A stretch of 64,000 nucleotides of DNA, taken from the human T2T-CHM13v2.0 reference genome, Homo sapiens. This document shows, one piece after another, positions 54,230 through 64,000 of this stretch (its first letter is position 1; every line of letters starts with the position of its first letter). The translations under genes and the position numbers were made by a program. The notes beneath the pieces were generated by a model, which searched no databases, was not told the DNA's origin, and saw only the letters and a list, made by a program, of their open reading frames with translations. The stretch lies in NCBI RefSeq assembly GCF_009914755.1, contig NC_060934.1; one strand, 5' to 3'.

Positions 54230-54930
54230 TAGTTACCATATTATGGTTCTGATATGAAAGGAGTACATGCTTACTATTAAAAGGATGATCTTAAATCACT
54301 CATATTCATCCCACCATCACACAACCATTGTTAACATTTTCTGTTTTACCTCTTTCCATATTTGGCTTTATGCAAAGATCCCTACAGAATCTTACATAGT
54401 TGTAATAAAATATGTGCATTCTTGTGTCTTGCTTTTCCCTTAGAGCCTACACAGTCATCTGATGCGATTTGGCAAGCACTCATCGGTCCCTGCAGGATCC
54501 TCTATAACTTGGATACTGTCATTGCCTTAACCACACCCCTAACATTGGCTCCTTAGATTATCACCCATTTTTTATTCAGCTGTTTTGAACAACTTCATGC
54601 AGAAAGCTTCCTTAGAATAATCCCTCTGGAGAGACTCCTAGAAATTGAATTACTGGGTCAAAAGGTACAAACATTTTTATAGTTCCAGATACTCATTACT
54701 AATTTACCTTCCAGAACATCTCCACCAGGTTACGGGCAAGTGTTCATTTTACCAAAGTCTCCCCAGCACTGCATGTTCTTTAACTGAGTGGTGAAAAACG
54801 GCATCCTGTTTTAATTTGCATTGTTTTGATTACAACTGAAGTTTTAGTGGTTTTCCATATGTTTGCTAACAAGCTGCATTTCCTCTTGTGATTTGTTTGA
54901 TCATGTTCTTTGCACGTTTACCTACTGGAA
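54230..54930 (-). mobile_element. Old L1ME fragment
   Basis: tcctagaaattgaattactgggtcaaaagg...tttaatttgcattgttttgattac. Confidence 0.65.
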
Positions 54931-55029
54931 ATGATCAGTGTCATACTTAAGCTTCTCTAAGCCCTCTCTTTTGTCACACTTCTGCTACAACTCCCCTATT
55001 TATTGACTGCCATTGATGCCCACTTGAAA

Positions 55030-55230
55030 TAATATTAGTAATAAAATTTCAGACCTAAAGAGCACTCAACACAAGCACACTCTGGTTTGATTTTCACAAC
55101 CCTCTTCTTTGTAAGACTAATGGGATTCGTAATCCCCATTTTACAGAGCAGAAAGCAAAGGTCCAAAGTGATTACACTGGCTTTTCCAGGGTCACATAAC
55201 CACTAACCACCAGTGTTGGTACCAGAACTT
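55030..55230 (-). mobile_element. MIR
   Basis: ttgattttcacaaccct...atccccattttacagag...ccagggtcaca. Confidence 0.6.
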
Positions 55231-56439
55231 CTTTCAATTTCAGGGGACAAGGTAGCACAGTGGTTCTGAGTCCACATCTATAACCCAGCTCTGCCATCCC
55301 CAGGGATAACAGCAATTTCCTCCTGGGGCAGGTAAGAGTCAAATGAATCATAGATGAGGGGTGCTGAGCACCCTGCCCATGGTGACTGCTCTATAAATCC
55401 TTCATTTCACAAACACATGCAGATGCTGTTGGGGCCAAGCATCCTGATGAGCACTGGAAATACAGAGACCAGTAGTTCAGAGTCTGGCAGAGAAAACAGA
55501 CGAACACACCACTACAAGAAAATCATCATGGCAGGGCCCTCACAGATGTGTGTACAAGGCACCGAGAAGCCACGACCCAGGCCCCTTGTCCCTTCACCAG
55601 GGCAGAATCTGCCACTCAAGGTCAAATTCATCTTTCTGAAGTTTCACATTGGAGCACAGTCTGGCTCCTCCAACCCAATGTCATCCATAAAGGGTCACAG
55701 ACCAAATGAAATGACTCTCATAAATTTCCCCACATCCCATCCATCAAGCCCTCCCTCTGTGACTCTCCCCTGGCAGAAGGGGCCTATGCTTTTCCTGAGC
55801 ATGTGTGTCTGTGATCTCCTTAGACCAGAGGCCCAGCCATCTGTCCATCCTCAGGGTCCGACTGCTTCAGAGTCTGCAGACAGCAGCTTCTCTGGGGTCT
55901 CCATGCACAGGGGCCACTGGTGGCTGGGGGTGGCACAGGACAGCCCTCAGTGTTCCAGAGGCCCTGCATTGCAACTGGCTTCCAGATAACTGGGAGGGGT
56001 ATCTGGGGCCAACTTCAGCACCCTCATGGGGCTGGGGCTCTAATATCATCAGTTATTTTGACTCCTCAGGGATGCTGGTGCAGGGAAGGAGGCCAGAGCC
56101 TGGTAACTAGCATGCAGGAAGGTGTGGGGGCAGCATAGCATGGGGAGAAGTGCATGAGCTTCAGGGCAAAGAGACCCTGACTCACCAAGTGACTCTGGGC
56201 AAATAACAGCCTCTCCATGCCTCAGCGCCTTATCTCTGAAGCCAAACTTAAAGCAGATCTGGCTTCAAAGGCTTATTGTGCAAAGTATTGTAATCACACA
56301 CATAACTGAGCCTTGACTCTCCCAACAGCATGCAGGCTGTAGAATATAAGAGCCTCCAATTACCGAGCACTTCTTGTGTGCAGGACTGTATTTGAAACAT
56401 GTCTCATATATCATCTCAATAAATTCTTAGCATAACCCT

Positions 56440-57330
56440 ATTCAATCATTTAGTCAAATATCTACTGAGCATTTTTCTTAGGTGCTGGAGATATAGGATT
56501 AAAAAAAAAACAAATAAATGTCCTTGTGCTCTGGTGAAACTTACACTCCAGTGAGTGGAAGACAGAAACTAAACAAGATTAACCAATGAAATGTATAATA
56601 AGTTATACAGTCAGGAGTGTTAGGAAAGCAATAAAGCAGAGAGGAGGGAGAGAAAATGGCAAGCTGGGGGCTAAAGTTTTCACAGGTTGGTCAGAGAAGC
56701 CCTCATTGGGAAGGTGATGGGGACTGTTTGGATTATTGGTAATATTCACTCCCCTCCCTGTAGGTGGCGTATACTGCACAGCTTGACTTGCTGTAGCCAA
56801 TGGGATGTTAACTGGCATAGCACAAGCAAAAGCTTGAAATGTGCACACGCAGGACGTGTCTTCTTGTGCTTGTGCCATGGCCAAAAGAGAGTGTCTCTTG
56901 GGTAGCTGCTGCTCTTCCAATCTTGGCCTTGCCGAGATGCTGGCAAACAGACCCACAGCTGGAAGCAGAGCCCACCAAGCCCAGCCTGGATGAGGCACCT
57001 CCACCAACCTGTAGGGTGCATGAGATGCTGGATTCCAGTGAGACTTGAGGCTGTTTGTTATGCACCATTAAATGGTCACTGGTGACTGATAGGGGGACTT
57101 TTGGGTAAAGACTTTAAGGAAGTGAGAGAGAAGGGGCTCGTGACTATCTGGAAGTCGATTTTTCCAAGCAGAGAGGAAAACAAGTATAGAGATCCATATG
57201 CAGGGGTCCACCTGGCATATTCATGGGACAGCAAGGTAGCCTGGGTGGCTGGAATAACAGATCCAGGAGAGGAGCAGCAGGAGGTGACATCAAAGAGAGG
57301 ATGAATCAGGTAAGATGTTAGAGGTTGAAT
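56440..57330 (-). mobile_element. L2 interrupted by an MLT1 LTR (continues ~58230-58550)
   Basis: attcaatcatttagtcaaatatctactgagc...ggtcagagaagccctcattgggaaggtga | ...ggacagcaaggtagcctgggtggctggaa. Confidence 0.75.
56725..57092 (+). mobile_element. MaLR LTR, MLT1I/J-like
   Basis: tgacttgctgtagccaatgggatgtta...aagcttgaaatgtgc...gaggctgtttgttatgcac...tgactgata. Confidence 0.65.
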
Positions 57331-57361
57331 GACCGTATAATTTATCACCCTAACTAGGACT

Positions 57362-58100
57362 TGTTTTTTAAATCAAAGTGTAATTTACATAGCAAAATGC
57401 ATTATTTTGAATGTATAATCTTATGAGTTTTATAAACTTAGACAGTAATGTAACCAACACCATAATCAAGATACGGAACAGCTCCATTGCCCACAGCAAT
57501 TCCTTATGGCTCTTTGTAGTGAATCCTCCTATCCCTAGGCCTGGAAAACACCAATGAGTTTTCTGCCCCTATAGTTTTGCCAATCAGGAACATCACATAA
57601 TTGAAATTATGGAGTATGAGGCCTCTTGAGTGCAGCTTCTGTCACTCAGCATATGCTTTTGAGAATTATCTCATGTTGCTGTATGTAACAGGAGTTTGTT
57701 CCTGGTTTGTTTTTTATTATTCCTTTTTTTTTTTTTTTTTGAGACAGAGTCTCACTCTGCTCTGTTACCCAGGCTAGAGTGCAGTGTGGTGCAATCATAG
57801 CTCACTGCAGCCTCAATCTCCTTGGCTCAAGAGATCCTCCCACCTAAGCCTTCTGAGTGGCTGGGACTACATGGCATGCACTATGCCTGGCTTGGCTAAT
57901 TTTATTTTATTTATTTATTTTTTTGTAGAGACAGAGTCTCATTATGGGGCTCAGGCTGGTCTCAAACTCCCTTTTTAATGCTGAATAATATTCCATTGTA
58001 TGGCTGTACCACAGTTTGTTATCCATTCACCAGCTGAAGGACATTGGGATGGTTTCCAGTTTGCGGTTATTACAACAAAGCCGCTATAAGCATTCACAAA
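57362..58100 (-). mobile_element. L1MB/MC/ME 3' end interrupted by AluJ
   Basis: gtgtaatttacatagcaaaatgc...taaccaacaccataatcaagata...gctgaataatattccattgtatgg. Confidence 0.8.
57724..57971 (-). mobile_element. AluJ, 5' truncated
   Basis: atcatagctcactgcagcctcaa...ggctcaagagatcctcccacc. Confidence 0.9.
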
Positions 58101-58866
58101 GAGCAAACCAGGATGATTCTGAGAACGAATATTTCTTCTGGAACAAAAGGCATAAGTGGGGACCATCCCTCATAGACCAGGAAGTGTGTTCGCCCTGCTT
58201 TGTCCACACAGGGACTCCAGCTATAACCCCAGTGAGACAGGAAGACTCTGAGCAGGGTAATGACATGATCAGCTAGAATTTTAACAGGCCACTCTGGCTG
58301 CCTCAGAATGACAAGCTGCATGGAGCAAGGTGAGAAGCAGGAAGGCAGGTCAGGAGGCTGATGCCAGCAATGGCTTAGACCAGGGACATAGCCATTGGGG
58401 TGGTGAGAAGTAATCAGAATCCAGACACATGGTGTCAGAACTGCTAATGGACTAATTATGAGGGGCATGAGGAAGAAGCAGCAAAGACAGCATCAAGATG
58501 TTGGGCCTGGGCAGCTGAAGAAAGGGTCACAGGCCCATTTCACAGAGATGGCTTAGTGTGGACAAGGCATTACCCCATGCCCACTCATTGACAGGGAAAA
58601 CTGGGGCTGGTGTTCCAGAGCCCTGCCCGGCGCTGCCACACCATTTGCTTTATGTTAAACAGAGAATAATCATTCTTCCTCTAAGGAGGAATGCAGGCCT
58701 GATCCCCACAACATAAATGTGCCCAGTCCTGGAAAGGCCCTACCTGGGAGCAGTGCCAAGAGGCCCAGGGGACGGGAGCCAGGCCTCCCCAGCCATGTGG
58801 AACCGTGAATCCATTAAACCTCTTTTTCTGTTCAAAACCAGACTGCGAGGCCTATGGAAGGGCAGG

Positions 58867-59230
58867 TGATATGGTTTGGCTGTGTCTCCACCCACATCTC
58901 ATCTTGAATTGTAGTGCCCATATTCCCCACATGTCATGGGAGGCACCCAGTGGGAGGTAATTGAATCATGAGGGCAGGTTTTTCCCAAGTTGTTCTTGTG
59001 ATAGTGAATAAGTCTCATGAGAACTGACAGTTTTATAAAAGAACAATTCCCCTGCAGACGTTCTGTTGCCTGCTGCCATGTAAGACATGCCTTTGCTGCT
59101 CCTTCACCTTCTGCCATGATTGTGAGGCCTCCCTAGCCATGTGGAACTGTGAATCCATTTAACCTCTTTTTCTTTATAAATTACCCAGTCTCAGGTATTT
59201 CTTCATAGCAGTATGAAATGGGCTAATACA
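58867..59230 (+). mobile_element. THE1 (THE1C/D-like) solo LTR
   Basis: tgatatggtttggctgtgtc...ggctaataca; perfect 5-bp TSD gcagg (58862-58866, 59231-59235). Confidence 0.95.
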
Positions 59231-61394
59231 GCAGGAAAGCAAGAGGACAAAGTCAGCATGGGCAAGCAGAAGGGGCTGGCAGCTATGACCACACCCCTCA
59301 CTGGTCAGCCCACTAAGCCCCTGTGTGCAACAGAGGTGGAGCCAGGATAGAGGACAGCACCAGAGTCGGCTGCCACTCTGCCACCTGAGGCTGACCTCCT
59401 GGGGCCAGAGACCAGAGCTGGCCATCAATTCCCTATAGGGCCCAGGTGGGGAATTCTGAGGCCCTCAGTCATTCCCTGTGAGCCTGTGATGAGGCCCGCA
59501 GTTCCCTGCCACCCTCTCAGCCTCAGCTTAGTGCCCAGGGCTAGATTCACATTATGCCATGTAAGGAGGCTCAACTGCACCCCCAGGCCACAGGCCTAGG
59601 CTCCCCCAAGCAAGCGTCAGCCATGGGAGCTGGAGCCCATGTGGACAAGCAGTGAAACTGCAGACAGGCCCCGGAGGAAGAGGACTCCCGATGCTGCTTA
59701 TGTAATGCCTTCTTAGGGGACAGGAACAGGCTCCCCTTCATTCCACAGCATCTCACGTTCTGCTCCAGCCATGGCTCTTAAACGTTTGCCACAGTGGGGG
59801 GCCCTTAGGAAAGGTGTGTGCCTTGTACCTCAAGGGTAGCAAGGACAGAGGGTAAGGCCACCCTGGGACACTGCCCACCTCCCCTGGCCCAACCATGTCA
59901 CGAGAGAGAGAGAATCATTACTAACCACTGTTGGGCTGAACCCTGCACATGGGGCAATCAATCAGTCATCCAGTGACAGATGCTGGGCACAGCCCTCATG
60001 GTGTTGCCTCCCAATCTCATTCATCACAACTGTTCCTCCTGGCCTCAGGAGGACAGCTCCCCCTGCCGCACTTCCCTCATAAGCATGGCTCTCTGATGTG
60101 GCCTTCAGACTCTCTTCAGCTACACACATGTGTAAGGGTGCACATGTGCATACTTGTTCCAGTCTGGCAGAGAGGTAGGTGCCTTATCCCACGGGGTAGG
60201 CACCACTCCACTCTCTGCCCACCCTGTTCTTTAACAAGAACAGGCTTGGAGACATACGGACCAGGGTTCAAATCCAAACCTGGCAGGTAGAAGGGGCTAG
60301 TTCCTCTTGCAAAGCTGCTGGCCAGCCCAGCTCAGAGCTCAGGGTGCAGTTGGGACCCCAGACCCAACCACGCCTGCTCTGTGAAGTTCCCTCCAACTCT
60401 GGAAGCCAGGCCTCAGCAGGTGCAGGGGTGGCCAGACACCCACGAGAAGGCCCGGCACAGGCATCCCACACCTGTTTCCTCCAACCCACGAGGGGCACAA
60501 CTCACACCCACTTGCTTAGCCAGGGCATAGGATTCCCTCCCAGGGTAAAGGTCCCTGCTGCAAGGATGGCCCAGACAGGTGCATGCCCACCATGCTCAGT
60601 GCTTCACAAGGCCCCCAGCCCTAGCTGGCAGCAGACAGGCAGCATGACACAAAGGGAGCACCAGCTCCTCTGCGGCCAGAGAACATTTCCATGCCATACA
60701 TCAGGGGCAATCCTCGGCAGACTGAATGCCCAGAGTCATTCCTGCCTTGTTCCATAGGGCCTGGCCCAGCTGCCCCACCCTCCAGGCCCTCAGGACCACA
60801 GGGCTCTGCCTCTGTCCCTTCAATGTTGGACACAAACCCACACCCTAGCATGCACCATGGTCAGGTCCAGCTGAATTCAGCCTGGTATCTTATTCCCAGG
60901 ACCCGGCCTGAGACAGTGCACTGGACCTTCATGCATGGCCGATGAAGTGCCTAGGGTGTGCGACAGCGGACAGGGGGGCAAAAGGTACAGCATTGAGAGC
61001 AGGAAGCCAGTGAAGCCTGCAGCAGGTGACAAGGCTGTGACAGGCCTCGTGCCCCCATGTGCCTCCACTTGCTGTGGAGATTAATTCACCTGACAAATCA
61101 ATCCTACCCACTTCTGACTTCATTACATAGTCACATAATTACACACAAGTTTGGGATTTTTAAGGAAGTGATTTACGGTGGCTCTGAAGATCTGGACAGG
61201 GTTAGTGCCATCCTCTTTCCCAGGAAGTTGGAGAAGCACTTTTCAATTTAACGAGCCATGTTTTCTCAAGAACTGTTACCCCAAATACCTGAGGAAAGAG
61301 CTGCATGAAATAGGCACTGGGATAGCTTCAGTCTGCCCAAGAAGACAGTGAGGGTGGGCAAGGTTATGCCTGTCCATTAAGGCCTGGAGTGTGC

Positions 61395-61530
61395 CCACCA
61401 CAGAGACCAGGAAACTGAGGCCCAGAGGGTGTAGCGCTCTGGCCAAGGTCTCACAGTTGTGGAGCACAGAGCCGGTCAGAAGCATGGTCTGTCTGTTACA
61501 GATGCCCTGTTTGATTCTGCACCACGCTAT
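61395..61530 (-). mobile_element. MIR core
   Basis: aggaaactgaggcccagaggg...ggccaaggtctcacag. Confidence 0.6.
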
Positions 61531-62214
61531 CTCTTCAGAACACACAGCACTGGCTGTTCTTGCCTCCTGTGGCTCTCACACAATTCCCACACTTGAGTCC
61601 TAGCCTTCTGAGGCACACATCTAGATTGGGTGGGGAACACGCTCTTCAATGAAAGCAGAGCCCTAGGGGCCAGCTGCCCCTCCCCAGCAGTGTCCGGGGC
61701 ACACGGAGCCTTCATTCCCCATTCAGCAAGCACTGAAGCCTCTTCTGTGTGCCAAGCACCAGAGCCGGCACTGTGGAGAGAAAGATGCCATCCCCCCTCT
61801 CCAGCAAAGGTTGGAATCTAGGGGAGAGATTGACATCAGTCAAATAAGCCTGTGACAGACAGATCATTGCAGAGTGAAGTCTGCACCCTGAGGGAAAAGC
61901 ACGGGCACTGTGCATGTGTCTAACTGGCCTGGGCACCACAGGTCACCCAGGAATGCTGCCCTGAGGAGCCGCGATGGGGAGAGGAAAATGATGGTAGAGT
62001 TAGCATGGTATGCAAGGGGGACAAGAGGATGGGGGCTGCTTCAGGGAGAGGAAGCCTTGTGAGAGAAGATGTTGGAAAGGCCAGTGTTCCCAATTGCAAA
62101 GGAGGATGATGATATCCACTGCTCAGCATGGCAGTCAAGACCACGGTCTTGGGGACCATGAGCTCCAGGGTCTGAGAGCTCCCCAAGTGTCTGTCCTTCC
62201 CTGACCCTTTGCTC

Positions 62215-62490
62215 CTGCTCTAGGAAATTTCCTGTCAGCAATAATCCAAATGAGAAAAATCAAACACTGCACATGCAGGTTTACACTGAACACCGTCAAA
62301 AAAAAATTGAAGATTGGAAACAGTCACAATGTCCAACAACAGGAAACATTAGGTAGGGTATGCAATAACAATTCTTCATCTCAATGCAATCACTAAAAAT
62401 GACGATTAGAAAGGCTTTGCAACCACACAGGAAATGTTTATCCCAGGATGTTAGGTCAAAAAAGCAAAACACAAAATCTCATCTAGATTA
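62215..62490 (+). mobile_element. L1ME-type 3' fragment
   Basis: cctgctctaggaaattt...ttggaaacagtcacaatgtccaacaacagg. Confidence 0.45.
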
Positions 62491-62697
62491 TGGGATGGAG
62501 GGAGGGGCCAGCTTCAGGTGTGGGAATACAGGGAGGTTCTGGCTTCAGGTGTGGGGATGGAGGGAGGGGCCTGCTTCAGGTGTGGGGATGGGAGAATGGG
62601 CCTGCTTCAGGTGTGGGGATGGGAGAATGGGCCTGCTTCAGGTGTGGGGATAGAGGGAGGAGCCTGCTTCAGGTGCGGGGATGGGAGGAGGGAGCCT
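62491..62697 (+). repeat. 31-bp G-rich minisatellite, ~6.5 copies
   Basis: gcttcagg recurs at 62511, 62542, 62573, 62604, 62635, 62666; unit ~ggggatggagggaggggcctgcttcaggtgt. Confidence 0.95.
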
Positions 62698-63540
62698 TGA
62701 GTTCAAGTCAAACATTTCTTCCTGGGCTGCACACTTGGGCCAAGTCATTCACTTCTCTGATTCCTGATCATCAGAGATGATCAGGAATGTGCAGTGAGAA
62801 GAGGGGTCTTGGTGAGGTGCACGGGCATGTCTACGGAAGCAAGGGAACGAAGGGCAGGACTGCATGGCCGCTGGCAATGGAGAGTTCCGGGAATGGGCAG
62901 GCTCCAGGATGAGGCCGTTGGAGGTGGCGGCTAAGATGGGATAGAGAATGGAGCTGGGGAGGTGAAGGAGCCCAGGGGTGAAGAGGAAAATGAATTGACA
63001 ACAAGGAGGAGGTGAGGAGAGAGGTGAAGTTCTACGAGAGAGGACTTCTAGATCAGAAGCCTAGATGGGTCTTTGTGGTGACAGAATCCAGACTCCTGTG
63101 GAGAGTGAGGGCCAGACCTGCCTACGGAGAACACCAAGTGACACAAATCCTGCATGACAAGTCTAGGAAAAGGAAGCTTTCCCAGTGCAGGCACAGCAGG
63201 AAAGCCCAGCCTGGAACCCAGATATTAGGCCTGGTGACAGCTCACTGAGTATTAGCGCTTTGCCTTAGGTGGCACCACGGCACACCTGCATCCTATCCAG
63301 GTGCCTTCTTCTCACTGCCCGATAGCTGCTCTGGGAGGGAACCTGGAGCCCTGTGGCCCTGCCCTGGCCCAAACAGCTATTCTGCTGGAGACCTTTGACT
63401 GCTGGAGGTGTGCCCTGATAACAATGCACAGCCATGAGGACCGTGATCTGAAGGGCGTCCCTTGGCAGGTACGATGTACAAGCCTCACAAATGTCAGTGG
63501 CAAACCCCACAGGGTGGCCCAAACCTTGGCCTAGTTATAT

Positions 63541-64000
63541 TGATACAGGAGGTGGGAAGGGAAGGGCATGGGCCCTTTAAATGATACAGAATGGGGGAAG
63601 GGAAGGGTGTGGTCCCTGGCTAGGGCTCCACTCCCTGGCCTGTGCCCATGGACCTAAGTGAAGACAGGCATTTTTGTTTTCCTGCCCAAATGTTGCATTT
63701 CCCAAGACCTCCCCTGGCCTGCCATGCCCCTATCCTGTGCCCATAAAAATGCTGAGACCCTAACAGGCAAACACACAGGCAGCTGAATATTGAGAGGAGC
63801 TCATCATCGGGGGAACACACAGGTGGCTGGACATCGAGAGGAGCACTTCAGCAGGTACCGGGAGGCCAGCCAGCCACTGACCAGCAGAACAACGCAGAAT
63901 TTGGCCAGGGCACTCAGAGGAGAACCCAGGCTGCCAAACAACCCAACTCCAGGGGAAAACCATCTCCCTTCTTGCTCCCCCATCTGCTGAGAGCCACTCC
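63541..64000 (+). mobile_element. ERV1 LTR of the LTR27/MER52/LTR1 group, runs off the window
   Basis: tgatacagga..gggaagggaaggg..ccctttaaatgatac...ggctagggctccac...cccaaatgttgcatttcccaagacc. Confidence 0.8.

Noticed and set aside
56755-56772. CTCF-like cctgtaggtggcg (also gccttaggtggcac at ~63262)
   Set aside because: Imperfect matches expected by chance in 64 kb; cannot be supported without binding data.
62491-62697. CRISPR-like repeat-spacer array
   Set aside because: Whole 31-bp units are homologous with no unique spacers; eukaryotic minisatellite.

Overview
Primate (human-like; an AluY is present) non-coding genomic DNA. I see no cellular protein-coding exon and no CpG island. The only real protein homologies in the ORF track are decayed LINE-1 ORF1/ORF2 and ERV-L integrase fragments. 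The window is a mosaic of Alu, L1, L2, MIR, MaLR/ERVL/ERV1 LTRs, hAT DNA elements, a 5S rRNA pseudogene and simple repeats, with several repeat-free, homeobox-motif-rich stretches. The most striking structure is a 536-bp inverted repeat that is 100% identical by manual comparison (31041-31576 / 32814-33349, 1237-bp spacer). It is built from ancient sequence, and one arm truncates an MLT2 LTR. Six more locally templated copies or insertions of 20-200 bp and different ages also occur. There is also an Alu tail converted to AAGGG/AGGGG pentamers and a twin-primed micro-Alu. Subfamily names are recalled from consensus sequences and need RepeatMasker/Dfam confirmation; boundaries of old repeats are approximate.
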